Assembly: GCA_034530615.2 (NCBI GenBank)
Contig: JAVRCV020000001.1
Location: forward strand, 1 to 64,000
DNA from: Aulosira sp. ZfuVER01
Lineage (GTDB): Bacteria; Cyanobacteriota; Cyanobacteriia; Cyanobacteriales; Nostocaceae
Length of the DNA: 64,000 bases
Direction of reading: 5' to 3'
This document shows, in pieces, positions 48,710 through 60,220 of this stretch. The notes under the pieces were generated by a model, which was not told where the DNA came from, searched no databases, and was given only the letters and a program-made list of their open reading frames with translations. The position numbers were made by a program, and so were the translations under genes. Each line of letters begins with the position of its first letter. The stretch's first letter is position 1.

Positions 48710-50056
48710 TTACTCTCCGGTAATCGATAGTTCATTAACCCAGATTCGGGGACAAACTCCCCCTGGTGTTAACTCAACTTCTTTTTCTACATAAATAACC
48801 GACTTTAGAAGTTCCAAGAAATCACCAGCAACTGTTGCTGACTCAATACTTGTCTTTACACCTTTGTTGATTAGCCAACCATCAAAAGGTAGAGAGAACG
48901 AACCTTGTAAAGCTTTCACCCCGGCGTGGAGAGCTTGTAAATCATCAATTAAAATCACATTTTCCGCAGTTTCTAAGCTTAATTCTTGCTCGGGATCTGC
49001 GGCTCTAAATACATGGTAAAAGTTAGGGCTAACGCTAACTTTTGCGCCAATACTGGCATTACCAGTTGGCTGGGCATTCATCCTTTTAGCAGTACCTGCA
49101 CTGTGCAGAAAGCCTGTTAAAACGCCCTTGTCAATGAGAGAAACCTGACGTGTAGGAGTACCTTCACCATCAAAAGTTTCTGCACCGACGTTAGCTGGAT
49201 GCAATGCATCATCAACTACCGAGAGTAGAGGAGAAGCAATTTGCTTACCTAAATCATCAGGAGTAGATAAGCTTTGATTGTCAAGAATACTTTGGGCATT
49301 GAATAAGTTAGAAAATGCACCCAACAAACTTAAAAACGCTTCAGGAGAGAAAACAACTAAATATTTACCAGACTTGACTTTTTCATAGTTCAAGTGACTA
49401 ATAGTTTTTTCGGCAGTTTCTTGGATACAACCATTAATGTCCAGATGATCTACAGCACGGTTAATTCTAAAAGCACCAGCACTGCGTGGTTTTTTCCCTT
49501 CTTCTTCAGTTTTGCTGTAAAGATATACCGATGCTAAAGAGTGAGATTCAGTTCTAGCTGCACCCTCACTATTGAGATAGAATCGGTCAATATCTCTTTG
49601 CGCCAAGCCGTTATAAGGAACGCCTTTAATTGCTGGGTGCGCTGATAGTAATTCCTTTTCAGCTACCAGTAGTTTCTCTATGAGTTCAGAAACAGGCGCT
49701 TGGGTTGCTTTCTCGTGAGGCGTGTTGTCAATAGGAATAGTAGCCTCTGGGCTAAAATCAGGCACATTTTCTTTTACCCCAAAGAAACTAGCTTCGTAAG
49801 CAGTTTTTAAAGCTAATTCTAATCCTTTGGGGTCTACATCTGTGGTGCTGGTGACACCCATTGTATTGTCTTCATTCCAGACACGAACGGTAACACCAGA
49901 ACGATTAGAGGCTTTAACTTGTTTTGGCTCACCTTGATCTACTTGTACGCTTGTTTCATCTACAGTAGAGCCATAAATGTCAAATTTTTTGATGCCAAGT
50001 TTCTCAGCATTTTCCTTGGCATAATTTGCTATTTCATTGATAGTTGGCATAGACAA
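48710..50056 (-). CDS. pmbA: TldE/PmbA family protein
   Basis: FDGEGTP, PTGNA, GSFSLP, TVAGD; no HEXXXH; follows tldD. Confidence 0.9.
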   Translation of the reverse strand: MSMPTINEIANYAKENAEKLGIKKFDIYGSTVDETSVQVDQGEPKQVKASNRSGVTVRVWNEDNTMGVTSTTDVDPKGLELALKTAYEASFFGVKENVPDFSPEATIPIDNTPHEKATQAPVSELIEKLLVAEKELLSAHPAIKGVPYNGLAQRDIDRFYLNSEGAARTESHSLASVYLYSKTEEEGKKPRSAGAFRINRAVDHLDINGCIQETAEKTISHLNYEKVKSGKYLVVFSPEAFLSLLGAFSNLFNAQSILDNQSLSTPDDLGKQIASPLLSVVDDALHPANVGAETFDGEGTPTRQVSLIDKGVLTGFLHSAGTAKRMNAQPTGNASIGAKVSVSPNFYHVFRAADPEQELSLETAENVILIDDLQALHAGVKALQGSFSLPFDGWLINKGVKTSIESATVAGDFLELLKSVIYVEKEVELTPGGVCPRIWVNELSITGE

Positions 50057-50362
50057 TTTTGGATTTTGGATTTTAGATTTTTAACCCACAATTGACACAG
50101 ATATACCTTAATCTGTGTTCATCTGTGGTTTTAATAAATGTGTCTCACCACAAGAATACCTAAGTAAAGTGTTGCTTTAATTAATCACAACTTCTTCTTA
50201 TAAAACCTCTGCGTACCTCTGCGCTGACTCTGTGTTCCTCTGCGTTTAAAAACTCTAAATTTAACGAACCGCATAGACGCGGAGCGGCTTCCCGCAGGGT
50301 AGGACGAAAAGGCGCAAAGGAAGAGATAAAAAAGTAATCTTGTAGCGAGAAGGAAGTAACTA

Positions 50363-51835
50363 TTAGCGTCCGCCTACGGTAATAGAATCAACCTTGATGT
50401 GAGGTTGTCCTACTGTTGTGTAGATACTGCCACTAACAGAACCACAGAAACCAGGTGCAAGTTCTAAATCTTGGGAACACATGGAAATTTTATTCATAAT
50501 TTCCTTCGCTTCACCAATCAGAATTGCGCCTTTTAAAGGTTTGGTGATTTTGCCATTTTCAATCAAATAAGCTTCATCAACGCCAAAGTTAAATTGACCT
50601 GTAGCACCTACACTACCACCACCCATTTTTTTGCAGTAAATGCCTTTATCAATGGAGGCAAATAAATCATCAATATTGTATTCACCAGTAGCGATATAAG
50701 TATTGCGCATCCGGCTAGCAGCGGCAAAGGTATAATTTTGGCGGCGTCCACTTCCAGTTCTGGGGTGTCCGGTACGCCAAGAACCTGTTCTATCTGCTAA
50801 GAAATTCTTGAGAACGCCTTTTTCAATTAATAGAGTTCTTTGAGCAGGCATACCTTCGTCATCCATATCAATTGTTCCGAAGGCATTTTCGGCTCGTCCT
50901 TCATCCCAAGCTGTGAGACTTTCGTGGGCAATTTTCTCACCTTTTTTATCAGCAAAGGGAGAGGTATTACGTTCAATTTGAGTAGTTTCTAATAAGTGGC
51001 CGCAAGCTTCGTGGAAAATTACCCCACCAAAGTGATTGGCCATGATAATCGGATAAGTGCCTGATTCTACATAATCAGCGTAGAGCATCTTACCAGCAGA
51101 TTCGGATATTTGCTCGGCAGCTTGTTGGTAATCCCAAGTCCTGAGGAAGTTGGCATCACTGGTATTACCTGCGCGTTCACCAATGGAGGCGCGATTAGCT
51201 CCATCTGCACAGAGAAGGTTAAAGCCTACAGATTGGGTGAGGCGAATGTCACGAGCAAAAGTCCCATCACTGGCGGCAACTAATACTTCTTGCCAATCGC
51301 GGAAATAGGTAGCGCGACGAGATTGCACGTGGCTGGCTTTTCTCTTCAGTTGGGCAGTACCATCAAGTAGAACTTCTCCCATTTCGCGGATAGAGCTACA
51401 CAGTGGTAGCCAGCCATCTTTACCTCTTTTTGTGGCGTAGTCTCTGAGTAATTCTAGGTTGATTTCTGGAATAAAAGCGTTGGGTGCGGGTAATTGCAAT
51501 CCTAAGATAGAAAGACCTTTTTCTAAGGCTGCTTTTAATCCGGAGAATGAAAGATTATTGGTGCTGACATAGCAATCAGCCTTGCCACGAAATACTCTAA
51601 CGCCCGCACCTGTAGCGAGACTTGGTGAAATACTGGTAATAGCGTCATCTTCAGCAAGGCAACTAATGTAGTTGCGACGCTCTAGATAAAATTCGATGAA
51701 GTCAGCACCAGCGGCGCGTCCTAGTCCCAAAAGGGTAGCCAGAGGGGCTTCCCAAGTTTCATCGAATCGTTCCGAAGTGGAAGAGTATTGGAGATTGGGG
51801 AGTTGGTTCGAGAGAAGTAGCGTACTTGTAAGCAT
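50363..51835 (-). CDS. tldD: TldD family metalloprotease
   Basis: [37 protein letters not shown]. Confidence 0.93.
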   Translation of the reverse strand: MLTSTLLLSNQLPNLQYSSTSERFDETWEAPLATLLGLGRAAGADFIEFYLERRNYISCLAEDDAITSISPSLATGAGVRVFRGKADCYVSTNNLSFSGLKAALEKGLSILGLQLPAPNAFIPEINLELLRDYATKRGKDGWLPLCSSIREMGEVLLDGTAQLKRKASHVQSRRATYFRDWQEVLVAASDGTFARDIRLTQSVGFNLLCADGANRASIGERAGNTSDANFLRTWDYQQAAEQISESAGKMLYADYVESGTYPIIMANHFGGVIFHEACGHLLETTQIERNTSPFADKKGEKIAHESLTAWDEGRAENAFGTIDMDDEGMPAQRTLLIEKGVLKNFLADRTGSWRTGHPRTGSGRRQNYTFAAASRMRNTYIATGEYNIDDLFASIDKGIYCKKMGGGSVGATGQFNFGVDEAYLIENGKITKPLKGAILIGEAKEIMNKISMCSQDLELAPGFCGSVSGSIYTTVGQPHIKVDSITVGGR

Positions 51836-52120
51836 TGATAGCCTCGTCTGCTGGCGTATTCAGAGATTTGACCGAAAATTCCTAGTGTGTTCAGTCTAAC
51901 AAATCAGTGAAAGCCGCAGTCGGCAGTGAGGCTGTAGAGGTTTCCTCACCTGGGAAACTTAAATACTAATATTTAGATGGTAGTAAAGTCACAAACTTTA
52001 GATAGCGATCGCTGTGAGTTCTCTTAGATGAATTTCTCAAAAGCCTTTCGTAAACTAACCAGAGCGATCGCATATCGAAAATCCTAATTAGATCCCGATG
52101 TGCGATCGCTATTAACTCTA

Positions 52121-53626
52121 TCACTGACACATTGCCAATCGTGAAGTGAGAGCCGAAAATCCCACCAGACAACCAAATAAACCGACTACCCAACCTTGGC
52201 GCACGTTTAGCAAATCAACACTCGCCGCCGCCGGAAAATGGCCAAGAGGCGCATTATCTACAAATTTCAGATCGGAGTAGAATTGCCAATTATTATTCAC
52301 GCGCCAGCCGATGCGATCGCAAAATTTACCCCATGTTTCATAATCAGCATCAGGTTGATCGCTAACGCTTTCCCAAATGCGCTTTTGCACGCTAAAACCA
52401 AAACGACCTTGGCTATATTTCACCCAAAGTTGGTCAATGGTATAAAGGTCGGTACAGGGAAATTGGTTAATTGCTTCAATATCTAGCCAGCCTACTTTTT
52501 CTCGCTTTGCTACCTTCAGCATCAGCGTCAAAGTTTCTCTGTCTGCGGCTTTCCAATCACCAGCTGCTAGTAATTCACACAATCGCTGATAGTCTACTCC
52601 CCGTTCTGAACTGAGGTAATCAATGGCGGGTTCTGGGATTGTGACTGTTGATTGATGTTGAGGTTGTGCGATCGCATTTACACCAGAAACATAAACAGTT
52701 GGTTTTGAGGTAAATTTTTCATCGCCTCCCAGATGTTGAGCAGTTCTTGGGATCGTATTTATTTTATTAGTATTTACCGTAATTGTTCGTATCCATAGCT
52801 GCTCTAATTCTGCCAATTCCTTACTATGATTAACTTCTGCTGGTAAAGAATTTATCTGTTGATTAGCAATTTCCTGTAAATTTGCATACTTTTGTATAAT
52901 AATCCGGTGCGATTTAGCAACTGGTTCTGCATTTATATAAGGTGTTTGCAGTGGATATTTGTAGTGTGCTAAAAGTTCTGGCACGCGGAAACTGAGATAT
53001 TGGTGCAAGCGTTTGATGGTGGCGCATTGTCCCTGAATTCCTAAACTTTCTAGGATTGCATGGGTAAAGACACCTTGTTGCAGCGCATCAATTTCCGAGG
53101 AAGATTCATAGGGACTACAAGATACAATACTGATGACTCCGGTTTTATGCGCCAACTGTTGTGTTTGTAGTCCAATCCCTTCACTACTTTGTTTGTGCTG
53201 ATGGCGACAAGCATCTAACATCATCACAATATTTTCAGAACCACAACCGCGCAGGCATTCAGTTAGATATTTCAGGGAAATTCCTGTGTTTTCTATATTA
53301 TCTGGATGCCCATCAGCAGGCATGAGGTAATCTTGATGAGCATACATCATTCCATGACCGCTAAAGAAAAACCAGAAGTTATCTTCTGGTTCTAAGAAAG
53401 GATGCTCAAATAATTGCTCTAAAAATTTTAATAAGTTAGTGCGGTAGGGACGAGTCAGTTTACCTCCAATACTAGGCGAGTCATCCGAAAATAAGAAAAC
53501 TCGCTCAAAACCTGCTTCGTTGCGGAGCAAATTCTGCATCAACTCTGCATCCCGCTTCGCATACTTGAGCGGTTGCAAGAAGTCGTAATGATTAATACCA
53601 ATAACCAAAGCCCAGTTTTTCACCAT
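52121..53626 (-). CDS. Peptidase C14 (orthocaspase) fused to a GUN4-like domain
   Basis: ALVIGIN.Y, FFFSGHG, LDACR (intact His-Cys dyad); SERGVDY..L..LL, W..AD.ET, IDQLW..YS.GRFGFSVQ, AP.GHFP. Confidence 0.9.
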   Translation of the reverse strand: MVKNWALVIGINHYDFLQPLKYAKRDAELMQNLLRNEAGFERVFLFSDDSPSIGGKLTRPYRTNLLKFLEQLFEHPFLEPEDNFWFFFSGHGMMYAHQDYLMPADGHPDNIENTGISLKYLTECLRGCGSENIVMMLDACRHQHKQSSEGIGLQTQQLAHKTGVISIVSCSPYESSSEIDALQQGVFTHAILESLGIQGQCATIKRLHQYLSFRVPELLAHYKYPLQTPYINAEPVAKSHRIIIQKYANLQEIANQQINSLPAEVNHSKELAELEQLWIRTITVNTNKINTIPRTAQHLGGDEKFTSKPTVYVSGVNAIAQPQHQSTVTIPEPAIDYLSSERGVDYQRLCELLAAGDWKAADRETLTLMLKVAKREKVGWLDIEAINQFPCTDLYTIDQLWVKYSQGRFGFSVQKRIWESVSDQPDADYETWGKFCDRIGWRVNNNWQFYSDLKFVDNAPLGHFPAAASVDLLNVRQGWVVGLFGCLVGFSALTSRLAMCQ

Positions 53627-53966
53627 CTCACTTTAGATTGTTGCCAGTGCAAGTAGAGTTTGATTGCTCCTAACCCATTACTTTCGGGAATTTTCCTGAA
53701 AGTAGTTCAACCCTAGCCAGTCATGAAAAATTCTAGATTTACGATCTAGGTTCCATAAATCTTAGGGCTGGGAAGAAGAACACTTTGTATTTCGCGCTAC
53801 ATATTATCGATACAAACAACTCCTTCTACGGCTGTTAGTCAGGTGTTTCCGGACTAAAAATAGCCTGAATGAAGACACGGAAATACAGAGACGTAAAGAT
53901 GAGAGAAAAGACAATCGCACAATACTTTGCAGTTACGGCAATTGAAATGCTGAGGCTGCTAGTTGA

Positions 53967-54323
53967 TTAAAGCTCTAATTTTTCTCGAATTATTTCTTCT
54001 TTATCTTTAAAACCTACTAGCACTGCTTTTGCATCCTTGACAAAAAGGGGTCGTTTCAGCAGCATTGCGTCGTTAGCGAATGCGTCAATCCACTGTTCAT
54101 CAGTCCAGCTTTTCTTTTCGTCACCTAAAGCACGGTAGGATTGACCAGAAGTATTTCGCATTGGAGCATAACCGAAAGTCTCTACCCAGTTTTGGATTGT
54201 TTCACGAGTTGGTGGAGTTTCTTTGGTATTAATGAATTCGTAATTAATTTTGTTGTCTCGCAACCATTTCAAAGCTTTTTTACAAGTAGCGCAGTTGGGA
54301 ATTCCATAAACTTGAATGGGCAT
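53967..54323 (-). CDS. Spx/MgsR (ArsC-like) family protein
   Basis: YGIPNCATCKKA, LLKRP, LVGF; start MPIQVYG. Confidence 0.88.
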   Translation of the reverse strand: MPIQVYGIPNCATCKKALKWLRDNKINYEFINTKETPPTRETIQNWVETFGYAPMRNTSGQSYRALGDEKKSWTDEQWIDAFANDAMLLKRPLFVKDAKAVLVGFKDKEEIIREKLEL

Positions 54324-54547
54324 ACAACAAACAGATAAAATTATCAATCAATTATCAAGCATATCGTCAGAGATCGTGTAGGCATAGTTCTGACGATTGG
54401 TGGATACACCACTAATACCTACGGGCAATTAATCTTGAGCAATTGAAGCCGGGAAAAATACTAATTTAAAGACGGCAGATGGGAATAAAGCCTATTTAAT
54501 ATGGATATTTTTTTCCGCCAAGCTGTTCTATTTAGTTATAGTTAGTA

Positions 54548-54796
54548 TCATTGTCTTGATTCTTTCTCGGTAGTATTGGGTAATTGGTATTCATTTTTTG
54601 ACAAGAGCTTGTTAGTAGTTATCAGGACAACAATTAACATTAGTAGCTGTATCTGCCAAGGTGCTAAGACCAAACTCAAAATGAAGCAAATGAATCCAAA
54701 TACACCAGCGATGTAAGCTATTTCGTCAGTAGATTGCTTAACTAAATAGCCAGTTAATAAAGCCGTGCAAAGTGGAACCAAGAAGAACAAAGCCAT
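54548..54796 (-). CDS. Small hypothetical membrane protein
   Basis: Hydrophobic segments, SLVLAPWQIQLL; gaggt RBS. Confidence 0.7.
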   Translation of the reverse strand: MALFFLVPLCTALLTGYLVKQSTDEIAYIAGVFGFICFILSLVLAPWQIQLLMLIVVLITTNKLLSKNEYQLPNTTEKESRQ

Positions 54797-55036
54797 TTTT
54801 ACTAACCTCTGAAATCCAACTTCTAAACCTGATTTAAATAGATTAAAAAGATGGTTGACATAGTTACTAATTTTACATCCTAGCCGGATTGAGGTACAAC
54901 TAGCTATGTAAAATAACGGTGGAGAAAATTAAGATTTTATAATCATCTGGTAAATTAGCTTAACATCATTACGCTTGCATGAGCAGAACGATTAGCATAT
55001 TACCTTGATAAGTAGCGTTTTCCACTGAGACACCCG

Positions 55037-57196
55037 ATGCTGAACATTCCTCAATTACTGGCAACTGAACTCGAGCTTAAACCCTTTCAGGTGCAAAATG
55101 CGCTGGAACTATTCGCAGAAGGTGCAACTATTCCTTTTATCGCACGTTACCGTAAGGAGCGCACCGGCGAAATGGATGAAGTCCAACTGCGGGACTTATC
55201 CGATAGGTATACCTACTTAAGCGAACTGGAAGAAAGAAAAGCGGTAATTTTAAATGCGATCGCCAACCAAGGTAAACTCACAGATGAACTCAAAGAGCAG
55301 ATTACATCTTGTTTACAGAAAACTGAGCTTGAGGATTTATACTTACCCTACAGGCCAAAGCGACGCACCCGCGCCACTATCGCTAGAGAGAAAGGTTTAG
55401 AATCGCTAGCAGATTTTATTAAATCGCTAAATGTGAAAAATCCTGTATCAGCTTCCCTAGAAGCAGAAGCGGCGAAGTATGTTTCTGAAACTCAGGGAGT
55501 AAAAACAGCAGAAGAAGCCTTGAAAGGTGCTGCTGATATCTTAGCCGAGGAAGTAGCAGAAAAAGCTGAGTCACGGGCATATATTCGTGATTATCTTTTA
55601 GAATCAGGAGTCTTTAATTCGAGAATTAAAGACGAACATCCCGAAGGTACAACAAAATTTGAAATGTACCGCAACTATCAAGCTAAGGTGAAAAATATAG
55701 CACCTCATAATATTTTGGCGCTGTGTCGGGGTGAAGCTGAAGGCGTGTTATCTTTTGAAATCGCCTTTGATGAGGATGTGGTACTTTCCTATTTAGAGTC
55801 AAAGGAAATTAAAACCAAAGTCCGCGCTATTCGAGATTTTTATCAGGCGATGGTGAAGGATGCATTTAACCGCTTGATGAAGGCTTCTCTGATAGGAGAA
55901 GTAATTGCTGAGAAGAAAACCTACGCTGATTTTGAGTCGATTAAAACCTTTGAAACTAATTTGCGGGAATTGCTATTATCTGCACCAGCTGGGATGAAAC
56001 CAACTTTGGCAATCGATCCTGGGTTCAGAACTGGGTGTAAAGTAGCAGTAATCGACCAAACAGGGAAATTTTTGGAATACCAAGCGGTGTTTCCCCATCA
56101 AGCGGCGGAACAACGGACGAAAGCTGCACAAACTATCAAAAATTTGATTGAAAAATACAAAATTGAGTTAATAGCAATTGGTAATGGTACAGCTTCCCGC
56201 GAGACTGAGGAGTTTGTTTCCCAAGTGTTGCAAGCTATAGAACGCAAACCAGTTAAGGTAATGGTAAATGAATCGGGTGCATCTATATATTCTGCTAGCA
56301 AAGTAGCATTAGAAGAGTTTCCTGATTTAGATGTTACCGTGCGCGGAGCCATTAGCATCGGTCGCCGTTTGCAAGACCCACTGGCGGAACTGGTGAAAAT
56401 CGATCCAAAATCGATTGGTGTGGGACAATATCAGCACGATGTAGACCAGAAGTTGCTGAAGAAAAAGTTAGATGAAACTGTCGAAAGTTGCGTGAACTAT
56501 GTTGGCGTAGACTTGAACACAGCTTCTAAAGAACTTTTGACCTTTGTTTCGGGAATTACGCCAGCAGTTGCCAATAATATTGTTACTTATCGCAACGAGA
56601 ATGGAGCCTTTAAAAATCGCCGCCAACTGTTAAAAGTACCAAAGCTAGGGCCAAAAGCCTTTGAACAAGCAGCCGGGTTTCTGCGCATTCGTAACGGTGA
56701 GAACCCTTTGGATAATACCGCCGTGCATCCTGAGAGTTACTCCTTAGTAGAAGCGATCGCATCCGACCTCAACGTACCATTAAATCAGGTGACACAAATA
56801 GCCGCAAAACTCCAAAAAACCAATCTGAAGAAATACGTCACCGATACCGTAGGCGAACCGACACTGCGCGACATCCTCAGCGAACTGGAAAAACCAGGTA
56901 GAGATCCCCGTGCTGAGTTTAAGTATGCCACCTTCAAAGAAGGAATTACAGAAATCAAAGATTTGCAAGAGGGGATGGAATTAGAAGGTATCATTACCAA
57001 TGTTGCTAACTTTGGTGCATTTGTTGATATCGGCGTACATCAGGATGGCTTGGTGCATATCTCCCAACTTGCTGATAGATTTGTTGACGATCCGAAAAAG
57101 ATTGTTAAAGTCGGACAAGTTGTGAAAGTCCGGGTGTTGGAAGTAAATGAGAAGCTGAAGCGCATTAGTTTGTCGATGAAATCTGTGAGACAGTGA
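55037..57196 (+). CDS. tex: Tex family RNA-binding transcriptional accessory protein
   Basis: TIPFIARYRKE, LEDLYLPY, IDPGFRTGCK, IGVGQYQHD, C-terminal S1 domain. Confidence 0.95.
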   Translation: MLNIPQLLATELELKPFQVQNALELFAEGATIPFIARYRKERTGEMDEVQLRDLSDRYTYLSELEERKAVILNAIANQGKLTDELKEQITSCLQKTELEDLYLPYRPKRRTRATIAREKGLESLADFIKSLNVKNPVSASLEAEAAKYVSETQGVKTAEEALKGAADILAEEVAEKAESRAYIRDYLLESGVFNSRIKDEHPEGTTKFEMYRNYQAKVKNIAPHNILALCRGEAEGVLSFEIAFDEDVVLSYLESKEIKTKVRAIRDFYQAMVKDAFNRLMKASLIGEVIAEKKTYADFESIKTFETNLRELLLSAPAGMKPTLAIDPGFRTGCKVAVIDQTGKFLEYQAVFPHQAAEQRTKAAQTIKNLIEKYKIELIAIGNGTASRETEEFVSQVLQAIERKPVKVMVNESGASIYSASKVALEEFPDLDVTVRGAISIGRRLQDPLAELVKIDPKSIGVGQYQHDVDQKLLKKKLDETVESCVNYVGVDLNTASKELLTFVSGITPAVANNIVTYRNENGAFKNRRQLLKVPKLGPKAFEQAAGFLRIRNGENPLDNTAVHPESYSLVEAIASDLNVPLNQVTQIAAKLQKTNLKKYVTDTVGEPTLRDILSELEKPGRDPRAEFKYATFKEGITEIKDLQEGMELEGIITNVANFGAFVDIGVHQDGLVHISQLADRFVDDPKKIVKVGQVVKVRVLEVNEKLKRISLSMKSVRQ

Positions 57197-57398
57197 AGTA
57201 CTGCAACCTGCTTCGCAGTGACAATACTTTGTGTTTCTGTGGGATAAAAATCTTTATGAACCACAGAGACACAAAGAAAAAAGAGTTTTCATTAAAATTA
57301 CCCTAATGGGGTAAAAATAGCCTTTTCACCATACTTTGTGTAAAACTGCCTCAAAGAGAGAAAATAACAACAGTTATTTCTTGTATTTATAATCGCAA

Positions 57399-57722
57399 AT
57401 GGCAGTTTATCAAGTTCGACTCATCAATCCTGCGATCGCGTTAGACCGTACCATTGAAGTACCAGACGATCAATATATCCTCGACATAGCAGAAGACTTT
57501 GGTATCCGCCTTCCATCTGGGTGCAAACAAGGGGAATGTTCAGCTTGTGTTGCTAAACTGATTAGTGGCGAGGTTGACCAAAGTGAACAGAAATTTCTCC
57601 GTCCCCAGGAAATACAGGCTGGCTATGTTGTTACTTGTGTAACTTATCCCTCATCGGATTGCACTTTAGAAACCCATCAAGAACAAGTTTTATATAAATC
57701 GTCGCTTTACTACAAGCAATAA
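57399..57722 (+). CDS. Plant-type [2Fe-2S] ferredoxin
   Basis: LPSGCKQGECSAC...TC. Confidence 0.92.
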   Translation: MAVYQVRLINPAIALDRTIEVPDDQYILDIAEDFGIRLPSGCKQGECSACVAKLISGEVDQSEQKFLRPQEIQAGYVVTCVTYPSSDCTLETHQEQVLYKSSLYYKQ

Positions 57723-57967
57723 ATTTTAGTATTAGATGTCTTGGCATTAGTTTACAAACTTAAGATTTTCTTTATAAAGTGATTCTGAAAGTTTTAGCAA
57801 TAAAAAATCAAATAGAAAATTAAAAACTGATTGTTTAGTTTGCTCAATTCTCAGCCGGATGGTAGAAGGGAAATCTATCTTGCTATTGATGTCCAGACAG
57901 ATTGGATCGGTAAAAATAATTTAAGTGAAGTTAATTTTATCGATAATCTGTTTCTGAGGTAAAAATA

Positions 57968-58369
57968 ATGTTGGGACCCGTATTAACAGCGATAGCTACA
58001 GCTTTGAGCTTACTAATAGTTGATTTAGTTGTTCCAGGCGTTAATATTGCAAATTTTCCCGCTGCAATGATAGCAGCGTTAGTTATTGGTTTGGTCAATG
58101 GTTCAGTAAAACCAATTCTATCTACCTTATCTTTGCCACTTAACTTCTTAAGCTTTGGAGCATTTTCGCTAGTTGTAAACGGTATTTGTTTTGCATTAGC
58201 AGCAGCCTTAGTTCCGGGATTTTCCGTTCACGGACTCATTGCATTTCTCCTCGGTCCAGTGATTCTATCGTTTGCTAATACCTTCATCAACAACTACTTT
58301 GTCGAAAAGAATTTGGCTTCTTTAGGCAGTGGTGATGTGAATAATAAGGGAGAATTACCCTCTAGCTAA
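57968..58369 (+). CDS. YvlD-like 4-TM membrane protein (phage holin family annotation)
   Basis: GLVN..VKPIL..LSLPL..L.FG.F.LVVN. Confidence 0.85.
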   Translation: MLGPVLTAIATALSLLIVDLVVPGVNIANFPAAMIAALVIGLVNGSVKPILSTLSLPLNFLSFGAFSLVVNGICFALAAALVPGFSVHGLIAFLLGPVILSFANTFINNYFVEKNLASLGSGDVNNKGELPSS

Positions 58370-58499
58370 TTACATTTAAGAAATTTCTCTGCCAATCCTC
58401 AGTCATCGAAACAATATAACTACTTTGGTAATTTTATAATTCGGTGACATTCAGACAAACAAATGTCAGTAAACCAAATCAATCATTAGCATTAAAACC

Positions 58500-58691
58500 A
58501 TGAAATTAACCCGCTTACTTCTTGGACTGTTGTTACCTCCCGTAGGAGTTTTTCTAGAAGTTGGTATCGGCCCGACTTTATTGATTAACATTTTGCTCAC
58601 ACTGTTAGGTTGGCTTCCTGGTAGCATTCATGCAGTTTGGGTTATTGCCAAGCATGAAGAGCAGTTTAATAGACAGGATAATATTTACTAA
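58500..58691 (+). CDS. YqaE/Pmp3 family membrane protein
   Basis: LLPPVGV...INILLTLLGWLPGSIHA. Confidence 0.92.
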   Translation: MKLTRLLLGLLLPPVGVFLEVGIGPTLLINILLTLLGWLPGSIHAVWVIAKHEEQFNRQDNIY

Positions 58692-58778
58692 CACGGTTGG
58701 ATTGGTAATGGGTTTTTGATAATTGTGTGCAGTCTTCCCATTACCAATTTTTATATTTAAAGTACCAACTTGATAATA

Positions 58779-59169
58779 GTAGGGTGTGTTATGCCGTAGG
58801 CTAACGCACCTTAAATTTTTGATTAGTTGAATTAATAATTATCACATACAGTAAATGAACTACATAGGTAAGGACACAACATTTTTGTGCCCTTACAATT
58901 ATCTGTATCTCACAAAGTAAATAGATCCGCGCTATAGAGGGTTTAGCACTGCTAAACCCCTACAAAATATGTGTTTTGAAATCTTTCATATTTACTATCA
59001 ATGCCTAAGTTCTACGATTTTCGCTAAGGGCGGGGTTTCTCCGTCCCTACGAAGGAATATATTGCATTTTTAAATTCACTATAGTAATCCTAATATTTTT
59101 TATAAAAAACTTTCTTAATCTTCCTCTTCAACAACAAAATTCCCGACTTCTTTAAGAAGTCGGGAATTT
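58779..59169. repeat. Cluster of unrelated REP-like palindromes
   Basis: Hairpins at 58779-58810, 58868-58896, 58935-58963, 59025-59050 and 59137-59169. Confidence 0.65.
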
Positions 59170-59195
59170 GAATTATGACAATTTTGACAAATTAA

Positions 59196-59996
59196 TTAGC
59201 TAGGGGGTAGCTTTGGTTTATCAATATGATCCTTGTCTTTAAACAATTCCGCTGCTGCTAGTAGTAACTCTCTTAAAGACTGTTTGAGTTGACGTTCTTT
59301 TCTAGCGATCGCAGTTCCTACTTCACCCAGCTTATCATCGAGTTGCGATCGCTTCTGTTCTACTTGTGTAGCCAAATTTTCTGCTTGGGGACGAGCTTGA
59401 TTATACCAGTGTTTAGCTTCCTCTAAGTAATCTTTTACTTCCTCAGAACGTCCGCCGTAGCGTGCAGCTAAATTAGCTCTTACAATAGCTAGTTGTGCTT
59501 GTAGTTGCGCATAGCGTTTCTTAAGTAAACCGGCTTCCTCACTATCTTTAATGCCATTGATTACAGAGTCAAGGACACTTTTAGTACTAGTAGATGTTTC
59601 TTTACCTGTCTCTTCAATCTCTGCCAAAATTACATCAACCTCTTGTTGCAGTTGTTCTTCTTCGCTATCAAGTTGAGACTGTAGCTTTTTAATTTCTGTC
59701 TGGGTTTTAGCAATATTCTCGTGTCGTTTGCTATTAACCCCTTCTAATACTCCTTCAATAGAAGCAGTTACTTCTTCTTTGATTTCGCCACCTTTTTCTT
59801 GAAAAGTTTCAATTACAGCAGAAACAGCATCTTTGACAATACTACGCAGTTCTATAGAACCCGCCCTAAACTCAGAACCTACTTGAGAAACTGCGGCTTT
59901 GACAATTTCCCGAATTCGTTCACTTCTCAACTGTCCAGTTTCTCTGGCGTGTTGCAAATCTGCTTGAATTTTTTCTTTGATATTGTTGCTAGTCAT
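59196..59996 (-). CDS. Hypothetical all-helical coiled-coil protein
   Basis: Long charged helical ORF with no catalytic motif; probable start MTSNN. Confidence 0.78.
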   Translation of the reverse strand: MTSNNIKEKIQADLQHARETGQLRSERIREIVKAAVSQVGSEFRAGSIELRSIVKDAVSAVIETFQEKGGEIKEEVTASIEGVLEGVNSKRHENIAKTQTEIKKLQSQLDSEEEQLQQEVDVILAEIEETGKETSTSTKSVLDSVINGIKDSEEAGLLKKRYAQLQAQLAIVRANLAARYGGRSEEVKDYLEEAKHWYNQARPQAENLATQVEQKRSQLDDKLGEVGTAIARKERQLKQSLRELLLAAAELFKDKDHIDKPKLPPS

Positions 59997-60220
59997 CTTC
60001 AATTCTTTGTATTTAGGTAATTTGGATAGAATTTTCTACAGAAGCTCTTCTATTGCCATTATGATGCAGCCTATTTAAGTCAGGTACTTCCTTTAGATAG
60101 AAAATCACCACAATCTGACTTATTAATCCTGCTACTTTCCTGAACAATAGCAGTCTTCAATGCTTTGTAAAATCCTCTATTTCTTTCTTGGACTTTTCTT
60201 GGTGTCCTTGGCGTTTTGGT

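Noticed and set aside
57968..58369. Prophage, suggested by the holin-family gene
   Set aside because: No integrase, capsid, terminase or endolysin nearby; the family is common as a chromosomal membrane protein.
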